64,000 bases of DNA from NCBI RefSeq assembly GCF_006345805.1, contig NC_043010.1, positions 56,482,001 to 56,546,000 on the forward strand, given 5' to 3'. This DNA comes from Octopus sinensis (lineage: Eukaryota). The translations under genes were made by a program, and so were the position numbers. The notes beneath the pieces were generated by a model. The model was not told the origin of the DNA. It saw only the letters and a program-made list of their open reading frames with translations, and did no database searches. This document shows positions 1 through 13,623 of this stretch, in pieces. Every line of letters begins with the position of its first letter. The first letter of the stretch is position 1.

Positions 1-45
1 TTGTTGTTGTTGTTCTTCTTCTTCTTGCTATCACCACCACTGCCT

Positions 46-221
<176 letters not shown>

Positions 222-517
222 TGCCACAAGGTTGACATGTAAGGAGACATCACAGGACAAATTACAAGAAAAACATTTGGGGATTTTACAGAAACAAGAT
301 AAAAATCAAGTACGAAACAACAACAACAACAATAATCATGCCAGCTAATAGATTGATGTAATTAGCAACTGTTTAGATAAGTTTCTTTTTGACTTCCAAG
401 ATTCCAAAGACATTGTTTTCTTTAAGAGTTCTTGTTTTCTGTTGACGGAGGAATTTTTGACAAAACTTCAAAGTAATCCATCATTATCAATATTACTACT
501 ACTACTACTACTACTAC

Positions 518-548
<31 letters not shown>

Positions 549-1943
549 ACCACATCTGCTGTTGCTGCTGCTATTATAACAAATGGTGTGGTGTTGTGTG
601 TGTAACCCAGTTTAAATCCCTTGTAAGAACTTCTGGGGAAGAGGATGTTACACAGTAACAATCAACCAACTTTGTTCATTTGCTACAGCATGGCCAGTAC
701 TGAGGGGATTCAATATGTCTCCACCACCTTAAATACTTCCCTCTCCCCTAACATATTTATTATGAAGTTAGTTAAAATGCCTTGTGGTAGTTGTGTCACC
801 TCTTTACATTCACATTTCAAATCCCTCTCAGGCCAGCTTTATCATTCATCCCTTCAGTGATGAAAGGTAAAATAAAGTACCAGTCATATACTGAGGACCA
901 TTACAATCAACCCCACCAAAAAAAAAACACATCCAACTTCTAACATTCTACCTAATTTAGAAACAATATTGTTGTTGTTGTTATTATTATTATTATCATT
1001 ATTGGTGGTGGTGGTGGTGGTGGTAGCTGTAGCCTTCTCTCAGCTCTGATGGTGTAGACTATGTCCAACAGGATTCCAATTGTGACCATCCTGTCTTTTT
1101 GCATATTTAAGACCACATTATTTAATGTCTTTCCCTTTTCATAATGGTACTGTGTAATTGGCGGGGGGGGGGGGTATTTCTAGCAATGCTAGTAACCACA
1201 TAAATGCCTCTGGAGGTGATGGTGGGGTGTAGTAGAAAGGGTGGAGTATGAGGTAGGGGAGGCCATTATCTGTTGAGATGTCACTATGATATGCTACTAC
1301 AGGTGTAGCAACAGCTGTTATTAAGCAAGTCTCTCCACTCATCCATGCTCTTCATCCTTCATCACATACGTAAAAAAAAAATATGCTACTACCATGTGCA
1401 AGTATTTGCTAAGCATTTGTACCAAGCAGCCAGCTCGTTACTGTAATTAAAGAAGCTGAGTGGTGGTGGTGGTGGTGGGGGTGGGGGCAGGATTGTTTGT
1501 TTTCTGCTTGGTTACCCTGGTTACCCAGTAAATGGTTGTAGGATCCGTCTGATCATGGCTCAGCTTCTCGCAAACATCTGCTTCCAAAAACACACAACTC
1601 TGAGGAAATGTCAAGTACCTCAGTCGGAAGTAGCAAGGTCAGGGTTGGGCTTTCATCTCCGACCTTGCTCACCCTGTTGTTGGTGAACGGGGTGGATATG
1701 GGGTGCAGGGGTGGGGGCCTTTGTCTTTATCTTCACCTTCTGTTCAGTCTCTGTCTTGTCATACATACATGTATGTGTGTGAGTATGTGTGTGAGTTTAT
1801 GTGTATGAGTGTGTGTGTTTATAAACACCCCTATACTTCTTATATAGTTTGCTGAGAAGTAAGCATCTTCAAGGGTAGTACTCAATACATGATCACATAG
1901 AACAAATACAGAATTAAGAAACACACTACACATGTACACATAT

Positions 1944-1982
<39 letters not shown>

Positions 1983-2040
1983 GAGCTTCGACATAGTTTC
2001 ACTCACAAGGCATTTGTTGGCCAACGGCTCATATGGAAGA

Positions 2041-2761
2041 CATATTATATACTAAAACAAGCTTATAGGCTGTGTAATAATGCTTTTACACAAGCATCGT
2101 GGTTGTTGCAGGGGCAAATGCAGACACAAAGACACACGCACACACACACACACACACAATATATATGTAACAATCATGCCAAACCTAACCTTGCCTCTGC
2201 TAGTGTTATGTAAAAAGTATTGAATCCACTCTGCAGAGTGGTTGGTGACAGGAAGGGCATCCAGCTGTAAAATCCTTGCCAAAACAGACACAGTAGCCTA
2301 GGATAATTTTCCACCTGGCTGGCTCCTGTCAACTGTCTTACCCTTGCATGGAAGGTCGATGTTAAACAATGATATATATAAATATATGATGGGCGTCTTT
2401 GAGTTTTTGTCTATCAAATCCACTCACAAGGATTTGGTTGGCCTGAGGCTTTAGTAGAAGGCACTTGCTCAAGGTGCCATCCAGTGAGACTGAACACAGA
2501 ACCATTTGGTTGAGAAGCAAACGTCTTACCATACAGCCATACCAGCACTGATATATAAATATTACGATATATCATATTCATTAAAACTGTGTCTGTTTTG
2601 GCAAGGATTTTACAGCTGGATGCCCTTCCTGTCACCAACCACTCTGCAGAGTGGATTCAATACTTTTTACATAACACTAGCAGAGGCAAGGTTAGGTTTG
2701 GCATGATTGTTACATATATATTGTGTGTGTGTGTGTGTGTGCGTGTGTCTTTGTGTCTGCA
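2041..2761. repeat. Composite templated duplication/inversion copied from 6719-7296
   Basis: 2041-2088 equals 6719-6766 (direct). 2100-2586 is the reverse complement of 6762-7296 apart from the CA-tract region. 2586-2761 is the exact reverse complement of 2119-2294. Confidence 0.9.
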
Positions 2762-3150
2762 GCTATGCTTCGTGGCAGTGAAACATGGGCTATGGCTAGA
2801 GAGGACTTGTGAAGGCTTGAGAGAAACGAAGCCAGCCTGCTCCACTGGGCAGGAAATGTCAGTGTGCATGTGCAACAAAGTGTAAATGGCTTTAAGAGAA
2901 AAACTGGGTGTAAGAGGCCCCAGATGCTGTGTGCAAGAGTGCACTGGTTGGGTGAAGACAGCTGCATAAAGAGGTGTCAATGGCCTAATTGTGGAGGGAA
3001 CCTGTGGAAGGGGTAGAGCTAGGAAGATGGGGGACAACATGGTGAGAAAGAATCTTCAGACACTGGGCCCCACTGAGGACATGACAAAAGACCGGAACTT
3101 CTGGCGATTTGTGGTACTTGAGAAGATATGTCAAGCTAAGTAAAATCGTG
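2762..3150 (+). mobile_element. RTE-type LINE 3' fragment, degenerate
   Basis: Translates to M-L-R-G-S-E-T-W-A, matching the GSETW-type C-terminal region also seen in the 22871-23083 and 37299-37721 minus-strand ORFs. Confidence 0.65.
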
Positions 3151-3432
3151 ACCATCCCTACATACAGGCATGTCCTTTATAGCCACACCCCCACCTCCTC
3201 TCCCAGTCAAGAGGTCTTTGTCTTGTAGTCATGTCATTGCTGTATAATGCTGGCTGGAGTGAGTGGGGTGAGATGACATATATGAGAGGGTAGCATTTGG
3301 TTAAGAAGTTTGGTTCCCAACAACAGAGTTTTGGGTTCAGTCCTACTGCATGTCACCTTAGGCAAGGTCTTCTGTTATAGCACTTGTCTCAAAGTAAAAT
3401 AAGATATCCCAATCACCAAACAGGTCTGCATG

Positions 3433-3499
<67 letters not shown>

Positions 3500-5115
3500 A
3501 AGCAGCAGAAGCAGCAGCAGCGGCAGTAGCAGTAGTAGTAGTAGTAACCCAACAAACAGCTTCATGCAGTGATGGAAAGTGGAAAGTCAAGATTTCAGAT
3601 AGTTTCAACAGGTTTGAACTCTTGCTCTCCATACAGTTATTTAGATACTTTATCTACTTCACCATCTCACTATACAGCCCACCTTTACATCTGCTGTGCA
3701 CCACTAAATAGATGGGATGGTCATGACTGGACACAATTGCTCAGTCAAGGCTGGCAACAAGGCTTAAACAACGACATTTATCACGTGTGCACATCACCAC
3801 TAATCAACCTCTGCAAAATAATAGCTTAATCTCCCTCAATTTACAGCTTACTATCTTAAAAAGTGATAGCAACACCTTCACTATAGATGTAGTGGTCATG
3901 GCTGGAGTTTCTTTTGATTACATGGCTCCCAGTGATGGTATACCTGTGGCTAAATAACATCGCTAATAATAGACATCATAGAGCCAACACAAGTTCAAAC
4001 TTCCAGCAAGAAATAGCAGCTAAGTCTCCCTTAAATATAATCCTTAAAAGAAAAACACAAAAAGACAGGATCATGAAACTGGAACAACTTTGCTCATGTC
4101 TTGAGGGCAGACCTGGGGTTAAACAAGAACAGGCAAAGCATTCACTGTGACACTGTTTCCAGTGTATTATGGGTAATGTCTGCGCCAGACTTGGTGGAGT
4201 TTATTTCAGAGCAGTAAACGACTGGATGTAATTGTTAATAATTGAAGTAGCTGAGCAAATCTATGCGGAATGTTGTCATGTAAAAGAGGACAATTAGTGA
4301 ATTATGTGTGGACTATATTGGCAGAGAAAAGGTTATTCTATGAAGTCTAGAATGTTCTGGATGATTAGAGAGAATTTCTGAAAATTCAAAAATTAGTCAG
4401 GACAATTATTTCATAGCAACACCTTTCTACAAACAGTAATTGGAGATACAGTGTGTGTGTGCGCGCACACACACATATATATATACAAACATATCATCGT
4501 TTAACATCCGCCTTCCATGCTAACATGTATATGTATATATATATATATAATATATATATATATAATATATAATATATATATACACACACACACACTAATA
4601 TATATATATATACACACACACACACATATATATATATACACATACATGTGTGAGCATATATATATATACATATAGATATACATGTGTGTGTGTGTGTGTA
4701 GACATGCTTCTCAGGTTAAGAAGTTCACTTTTCAACCACACAGTTTCAGGTTCAATGCAACTGTGAGGCACCTTAGGCAAGAGTCTTCTAATCCCAGGTT
4801 GATTAAAACCTTATGAGTGGACTGAATAGAAATTGAAATAAGCCAATCATATATTTATATATATGTATACATATACATGTGTGTGTGTGTGTGTGTGTGT
4901 GTCTGTATGTCTGTATTTACCCCCAGCATCACTTGACAACCTATGCTGGTGTTTTTATATCCCCCGTAACTTAGCAGTTCAGCAAAAGGGACTGATAGAA
5001 TGTGTATTATACTTTACAAAGAAAATGTCAAGGGGTCAATTTCTTAGGTTAAAAATCCTTTAAAGCAGTGCTCCACATGGCCACAGTCAAATGACTGAAA
5101 TAAGTAAAAGTATAT

Positions 5116-5271
5116 GGAGTGGCTGTGTGGTAAGAAGCTTGCTTCCCAACCACATGGTTCGGGGTTCAGTCCCACTGTGTGGCACCTTGGGTAAGTGTCT
5201 TCTACTGTAGCCTTGGGCTGACCAAAGCTTTGTGAGTGGATTTTGTAGATAGAAACTGAAAGAAGCACGTC
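5116..5271 (+). mobile_element. tRNA-derived SINE (representative; related copies at about 2390-2550 (-), 3290-3400, 4700-4850, 6800-6960, 14700-14850)
   Basis: A-box-like gtggctgtgtggtaag and B-box-like ggttcagtccc, followed by a body repeated at several places in the window. Confidence 0.75.
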
Positions 5272-5305
<34 letters not shown>

Positions 5306-6070
5306 ATGTATGTATTTGTTATTTGTGTCTGTGTTTGTCACCCCACCATCGCTTGACAACCGATGTTGATGTGTTTACATCCCTGTCACGTAGCAGTACA
5401 GCAAAAAGAGACCAATAGAATAAGTCCTGGGATCGATTTGTTCAACTAAAGGTGGTGCTCCAGCATGGCAGTAGTCAAATGACTGAAACAATTAAAAGAA
5501 TAAACGAATGTTCATATATATATATATCGCCATGCCTCCATTTCCAAGCAAGTTTATCTTTATATATATCTAAAATATATCTTATATGAGTGAGTGAACA
5601 GACAAAAGAAAGTGTTGCCCAATCCATTTACTTGGAGTTCCATATATTAATCCGCTCCACATGATTAAAGGTTTCGTGTATGGGTAGAACATGCTCACTT
5701 CATCAGAGGTTTCAAGGCAATTTCTAACCTTGAACATTTCAGGAAATGGATGTGTCTTATGCATCCACAACACTTTAATGTGCAGCTGAGTGGAATTGTT
5801 ATATCTGTGCATGTGTGTGTGTGTATGTATGTATATGTTTGTATGTATGTATATCTATGTATGTGTATATATTTATAAGAAAGAGAGAATGAGTTTGCAT
5901 TTCTCTTGTCTACATGGCTATTTCTTTGCTGGTTGTAAACAATGGCTTCACTAACATCATTTGCTTTCAGTCCACCATGAAAGTATGTATGTATATATAT
6001 GTATCACCATGACTGGTCGGTAGCCACTAAACCTTTTTTTTGTTTTCTCTCTCTGCTTATTTCTGTGTTC

Positions 6071-6106
6071 CTTTCTGTCGAAGAGCATAGGCTCGAAACG
6101 TAAAAG
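6071..6106 (+). ncRNA. Hammerhead-like motif with variant core, Penelope-type
   Basis: cttt-CTGTCGAA-gagc(atag)gctc-GAAA-cg-TA-aaag. Stems I and II pair and stem III is the palindrome ACGT, but the core deviates from CUGANGA. Confidence 0.45.
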
Positions 6107-6718
6107 ACTTTCTCACTTCCCGAGTATTAAACTAATACACCTGCTTGTTGTTTACACACCCGTCTTGGTCTTTTGTTTTGTTTTTCATAAATTCCAATTA
6201 TATATATATATATATATCATCATCATCATCATTTAACGTCCATTTTCCATGCTAGCATATATATATATGCTTTTGTGTGTGTGTGTGTGTGTGTGCACAT
6301 GTGTGTTTACATACACAAACACATTTCCACTAGAAACATGGATCAATGTCCAAAAGAACAATATATAGAATATCAGTGTACACTTTAATGTATTTATTTT
6401 GATTTATTTCCTACATTATTCCTTTTAAGATAGATAGACAGACAGACAGATAAATGACGGACAGACAGACAGACAAACATATAAATATACATGTGTGTGT
6501 ATGTATATACATGCATACATACATACACATACATACAAACATACACATACATTCATGCATACATACATACACACGTACACACATACATACTTGTATAATC
6601 TAAAGAAGCCATAATCGAATGTGTCTGGGATGTAGAGTAAATTCTATTTATTAAACCTAATACAATCTCCAGACTAGTTTCACTGCTTTCTTGTTAATGA
6701 GAAATATTTCTGATGAGT

Positions 6719-7296
6719 CATATTATATACTAAAACAAGCTTATAGGCTGTGTAATAATGCTTTTAATGAATATGATATATCGTAATATTTATATATCAG
6801 TGCTGGTATGGCTGTATGGTAAGACGTTTGCTTCTCAACCAAATGGTTCTGTGTTCAGTCTCACTGGATGGCACCTTGAGCAAGTGCCTTCTACTAAAGC
6901 CTCAGGCCAACCAAATCCTTGTGAGTGGATTTGATAGACAAAAACTCAAAGACGCCCATCATATATTTATATATATCATTGTTTAACATCGACCTTCCAT
7001 GCAAGGGTAAGACAGTTGACAGGAGCCAGCCAGGTGGAAAATTATCCTAGGCTACTGTGTCTGTTTTGGCAAGGATTTTACAGCTGGATGCCCTTCCTGT
7101 CACCAACCACTCTGCAGAGTGGATTCAATACTTTTTACATAACACTAGCAGAGGCAAGGTTAGGTTTGGCATGATTGTTACATATATATTGTGTGTGTGT
7201 GTGTGTGTGTGTGCGTGCGCGTGTGTGTGTGTGTGCATGCGTGTGTGTGCATGCGTGCGTGTGTCTGTGTGTCTGCATTTGCCCCTGCAACAACCA
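6719..7296. repeat. Donor locus of the 2041-2761 rearrangement (SINE mosaic)
   Basis: Direct and inverted identity to 2041-2761 as detailed in that feature. Confidence 0.85.
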
Positions 7297-7765
7297 TTTG
7301 GCAACTGGTGCTGGTGTGTTTATGTCTGTGCAACAGACAGAGTGGACTGGGTGCTTTTTACATGGCACCAGAACAGATGCGCTAATGTAGCACCAGCAGG
7401 AGTGCATCATATTTGACACCAGCACAAGTGCAATTTATGTGGCATCTGCAAGACAAAGACCTCTCAGCTGGAAGAGGGAGTGAGAGGGGCACAGCCATAA
7501 AGGACAATCCTGTATGTATGGATGGCCATAATTTTCCTTAGCTTGACATGCCTTCTCAAGTACAGCAAAATCACCACTAGTCTCAGTCCCTTGTCATCTC
7601 CTCAGCAAGGCCCAGCTTCTGAAGATCCTTTTTCACCACTTTGTCCTTCATCTTCCTGTGTCTATCTCTCCCACATTTTCCCTCCACAATTAGAAATCAA
7701 CACTTCATTATGCAGCGGTCCTCATACATACACATATATATATATATCCATAACACACACACACA

Positions 7766-7832
<67 letters not shown>

Positions 7833-8890
7833 ATAAATATGATAGTGCTGAAACATAATGAACAAACTATACATCAGAACATTTCATGGCAAGTCAAAGC
7901 CCAGATTCTGCTATAAAATAGCAAGTTGCTTCATTATATGGTAGCAGACAATAGATGTGATTTGTAGACTTCACTTATTATAAATACTACCATGACCACA
8001 TACATGCTATTGTCTGCTACAATATAATATAAACAACTTGATAACACTGTGTAATACGATTTTTGTCCTTGTGTAGCAACAGTTATTTCCTCTTTGCTTT
8101 TGTTACATTTATTCAAACCCCAAAGAATCCCTCTCAATACATGGTCATGATGCTCACCCGCTACTCCTGATCATGATCAGAGATGCACATATTGTCAGCC
8201 ACTGAGGGACATGCTCAAGTGGTTATGGCCTAGCAACTGACAAGCAAATCTGTGCTGTTAAACAGAATATTTGCTATAACGAATCTATCTGAAATGTATG
8301 AGAAAACAGGTCAGTTTCAAAACATTGAACAAAATACTTGTCAGTTCCTTTGATTTCTCGATAGAAGCAAATAGGAAATAACACTGACTGACCAAAGTCT
8401 AACGAATTTTGTTACACTGTAATTGATAGCAAAATCTGGTGTTTGACTTGCCATGAAATGTTCTGATGTGTAATCTGTTCATTATATTATGGTACAGTTA
8501 TATTTATAGGTATGTATCATCATCATCATGATCATCACCATCATCATCCTTTAACACCCGTTTTCTATGTTGGTACAGAAAACAGACATTAAATGATGGT
8601 GATATATATTTATATGGTGGATGATGTAGTCTTTCTTATGTAACTGACACAGATTATGAAACAGCTGTCAACAAATGGAATTAACTTCTGTTCTCTCACA
8701 TCCCTTATCTGGCCAATTTATGTACATATTCTCCACCACTGTGATTCCTGAATTTTCAAAACAACAGTGAGATTATATCCTTTCTTTGACTACTGTTTTT
8801 CCTGAAAGTCAGGCACCAAACACAGAGCTTACAGCAAGCTTTGTTTGATTCTTTGAATCCATATTCTTTTATTTATATATATATATATTT

Positions 8891-9223
8891 TCTGACCCCC
8901 TTCGGTCATGAATGACCATGGGATTGCACCTAGAAAGTTACCCTCCTAGACACATGTCCGGGCAAGGTTGTTTATGGAAGATCAGCAGTCGCCCATGCAT
9001 ACCAGCCTCCCCTCTCCACGCCACCAGTGTTATCCAAGGGAAAGACAAAGGTCGATACAGCTTGGCACCAGAGACGTCGCAACTCATTTCTACAGCTGAG
9101 TGAACTGGAGCAACGTGAAATAAAGTGTTTTGCTCAAGAACACAACACGCAGCCCGGTCCGGGATTCGAGCTCACAACCTCACGATCGTAAGCTCGATGC
9201 TCTAACCACTGAGCCATGTGCCT
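8891..9223 (-). mobile_element. Near full-length tRNA-derived SINE
   Basis: Minus strand begins aggcacatggctcagtggttagagc (A box) ... gagctcgaatccc (B box). Related partial copies at about 10200-10320, 16210-16310 and 44250-44390. Confidence 0.75.
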
Positions 9224-9485
9224 ATATATATATATATAGCAATTAAGGACAACTTCTTAATAAGGAAAACTTAACAAGAAATTATCGGGTAGATAGCGTG
9301 AAAAACCTCATAAAAGAAAAAATTTCGAAAATAATTCTTTCTTATTGAACATATTAATTTATATATAGAGGGCATTATTATACATACATGCCACACGCTA
9401 AGAGGGACAAAATTAGTCATTTCTACCAAAAATTTTACTAATCCCACCGAATGCAATTTTTCAAAGTAAGACATTTAAAAATATG

Positions 9486-9532
9486 GACTTGTATCACCTG
9501 TGATTTCATACCTCTGTATTCATCAGCAAGTC
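9486..9532 (-). ncRNA. Type I hammerhead ribozyme (antisense copy in the left arm)
   Basis: Exact reverse complement of 9839-9885. Confidence 0.85.
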
Positions 9533-9838
9533 TGGACGTATCATAAATAAACGAACCCAACTCGTCTAAGCCGAGCAACTATCTGATCAACTTCAACGAA
9601 GCACATGGGTGGGTTTACATATATTACATCCGGTAAATGGCAGACTTTTACGAATTGCATTTCGGGAAAGGAAAAGTTTTTTCGGAATAAAAAACTTTTC
9701 CTTTCCCGAAATGCAATTCGTAAAAGTCTGCCATTTACCGGATGTAATATATGTAAACCCACCCATGTGCTTCGTTGAAGTTGATCAGATAGTTGCTCGG
9801 CTTAGACGAGTTGGGTTCGTTTATTTATGATACGTCCA

Positions 9839-9885
9839 GACTTGCTGATGAATACAGAGGTATGAAATCACAGGTGATACAAGTC
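9839..9885 (+). ncRNA. Type I hammerhead ribozyme
   Basis: gacttg-CTGATGA-atac(agag)gtat-GAAA-tca(cagg)tga-TA-caagtc. The core is canonical and all three stems pair. Predicted cleavage is after A9879 (AUA triplet). Confidence 0.85.
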
Positions 9886-11098
9886 CATATTTTTAAATGT
9901 CTTACTTTGAAAAATTGCATTCGGTGGGATTAGTAAAATTTTTGGTAGAAATGACTAATTTTGTCCCTCTTAGCGTGTGGCATGTATGTATAATAATGCC
10001 CTCTATATATAAATATATATATATGCACATACATACATATATAAACAAACACATACACACATGTACATGTATATAAATATCACATGATCAACCAAACTAT
10101 CACATTTCTGGTCATAATGCGCTCTGCACAATTTTCACTTTCTAACGATGCCACCCTGCTCGTTGGGTGAGCAAGCCCTCCCAATCAGAAGGTTGGTCCA
10201 TCACAGAGTGACCCATTTACAGCTGTGTGGACTGGAGCAATGCTGAAATGAAATGTTTTTTGCTCAAGAACACAACACACATCTTGGTCCTGGAATTGAA
10301 CCTATGATTTAGCAATCATGAGCACAACAGCTTTATCACTGGGCCCTGTATCAGTTCGTGTGTGTAAAAGGTTCTTGTTTGAATTTGTGTCGACGGCAGG
10401 GACATTGACATTGGTCACATGTTCCGTTGCTGATTGTTGTGGGGTGGGGTGGGGTGGAGATAGGGCAGTCGCCACCCGTTACTCTCTCAGCTGTCATGTT
10501 AGAAGGAGATGGGCTGGACTGGACTGGCCTCTACAGCTGACCAGCCAGGAGGGGGCAGACATGAACAGCACTTACTTTGACAAGAATTGAACCTTTGCCC
10601 TCAACATCCATCTCCATAACACTGCATTAATACCTTATCTAAATGGATTAATGTAATCTGTCGGAGTAATATTTCTCTGGCTGTCCTGGTTGTTGTTGTT
10701 GTTGTGTTAATGTCCTGTGTTTTCCATCAAATCAACAGAATTCCACTGACGCCCCACCACCTCCATCATCTTCCCCATTCTAAATTATATAACACACACA
10801 CACACATGCACAGATGTGTGTGTGTGTGATGCATGATGAATAGTTTGTAGTGAGTTAGTTTCGATTTATGCTCAACACCCATCATCTCCTCTACTTCACA
10901 CACACACACACACTCACACATACTTGTACCTATTTTGTATACAATGTGTGTGTGTGTGCATTAGTTATATACATGAATTTACATAACTACACATCAAGAA
11001 AACTACTCACACATCTCACTGCTTGTGTGTGTATGTGTGTACACACATACATGCATATATATATGTTCATATATATATGTATATATATATATATGTAT

Positions 11099-11136
<38 letters not shown>

Positions 11137-12802
11137 CTTTTAGTTTCTGCCCAGAGGCTGTGGCCATGCTGGAGCACCGCCATACACATACATACATATA
11201 TACATATGCACTAATATATATTATATACACAATACATAGTTAACCACAGAACAAATAGTGTGTGTGTGTATACATAAATATATACATACATACATACATA
11301 CATACATACACACATACATACATACACATATATGTATGTATACGTGTATACATGTGTGTATATGTGTACTCAGATATATTAAATAAACACATAAAATAAA
11401 CACACCACAAGTAATATATATATACCTATATTCTCAGTGATAAGACTGTGAGTACACACACATGCACACACACACACACACACACATATCCAGAGATCTA
11501 AGTGTGTAAATAAATGGGTGAATGGATGTATACATTAGACAAGTAAATAAACCCATTGAGTTCTAATGTTGTTTAGAGATGAGGGGGAGGGGGAAAGGGG
11601 ACACACACACACACTCATGCATATATATATGTGTGTGTGTGTGTGTGTATATATATATAGAGAGAGAGAGGGGGAGACTGAGTGTACACCACCACTATCT
11701 ATACACTCTACCACCACCACCACCACCACTTCCAGCTCATCAGCACGATACCACTGGTCTGCACCAATACACACACTCACTCCATTAATACATTAACTCC
11801 TGTCACACACTGAAATCCCAGCATGCCACTTCACACACACACACACACACACACGTTTACAACATGTACATACATTCATGTTATATACACATTCTATGCC
11901 TCATACACTCAAGCATATATTACATACATACACATAAATACATTTATACATATGCACGCATGTAATCACATTCTACATACATATACAATCATAGAGCACA
12001 TACATATATACACCAATCTATAGCCATATACAATTACACACACACACACTCACACACATACACACACAAATACACACACCTATGACTTTATACTTTCCAA
12101 CAAATGCATATTGACATTCAGATACATATATACATCTAGACACATATATACACATTATTTTATATACTCACACACACACACACCCATATGCACTATCTTG
12201 CCCCTTTCCTTCACTTCATTATTTTGATGTTATTCACTCTCTTCCTAGATGTGTTTAGAGGTGTGTGTGTGTGTGTGTGTGTGTGCGTGTGTGTATGTAT
12301 ATCTATTGTTATATGCATGCACAATGTGGATATATATATAAGTACAGATGGGTATATGCAGAAATATAGAATTATATGTATACTTGTGCATATGTGTGTG
12401 TGTGTGTGTGTGTGTTAAAAAGTTTATTTTCCTTTGACAAGGCCCTGGGTTCCAGCCCAGCACGGGGTATCTGCTGCATCCAAGGTTTTTTACAGTGGCC
12501 GTAGTTAGATCCATACTTGGGCAATGATGGAAACTGTAAGGAAGCCCATCAGATGGACATTAGCCCTGTCATACTGAGTCTAACTGAGAATTACATTAAG
12601 GATAGGTATATGCCTAAGATATACTCAGCCAGTTACATATCTCTTCATTGAGTTTGCTCATTCAGTTGAATAAACAACTGTGTGTCATTGAAACCAACAG
12701 GCACCCATTTTACATAATAATAATAATAATAATATATATATATATGTATGTATGTATATTATATAAATATATATGTGTGTGTATATTATATATATGTTAT
12801 GG

Positions 12803-12842
<40 letters not shown>

Positions 12843-13296
12843 TATATACATACATATTTGTTCAATTCTTTCTTTTTACATGCATTTTTCTATGCTCCCA
12901 TGGATTAGCTAGAAACTTCTTTCAGCTGGTATTTCACAGCCAGATGCCCTTCCTGAGCCAATCCTGAACTGCTTTTCCAGGGATCTTTATTAATTTATTA
13001 TTCTTTGAAAGTACAGAGCTGCAGGGCATCGTTTGTAAGGAAGAATGTTAACATGTCATCACAGTTTTGCTCAGGTGTGAGGCGCAATGTAAACATTCAT
13101 TTATACACACACACACACACACATGCATGCATGTGTGTGTGTGTGCCACTGTGTGGTACTGCTGGTACCACACAGAATGCAGGAATATGCCCTCTCACTC
13201 TTTCTTTCTCTCTCTATCTGTGTGTGTGTGTGTGTGTGTGTGTGTATACTCTTTAACTTGTTTCAGCTTGAGAACTACAGCCAAGATGAGACACCT

Positions 13297-13327
<31 letters not shown>

Positions 13328-13552
13328 TGTGTGCACACGTGTATGTGCACTAGGCTTCCTTGGTGCTCCCATCAACCAATTATGATTCCAAAGCTATGGA
13401 ATACGAAACTTGCCTAAGGTGTCACATTGTTGGATGGAAACCAATTTCGTGTGGTTGGAAAGCAAACTGAATGTGTGTGTGTGCTTGTGTGCATTTACAT
13501 TACTGTGTATGTGTGTGTGTGTGTGTGGTGTGTGTATATATATATGTATATA

Positions 13553-13623
<71 letters not shown>

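Larger units (their letters stand above)
9239..10014. mobile_element. Penelope-like element remnant: inverted pseudo-LTR foldback inserted in (TA)n
   Basis: Perfect 326-bp arms at 9357-9682 and 9689-10014 with a 6-nt loop (cggaat), plus a one-sided extension at 9239-9356. Flanked by TA runs. Carries hammerhead motifs, a known hallmark of PLE pLTRs. Confidence 0.75.

Noticed and set aside
9541-9830. Mirror-image 73-aa ORFs on opposite strands
   Set aside because: A by-product of the perfect palindrome, with no recognisable domain.
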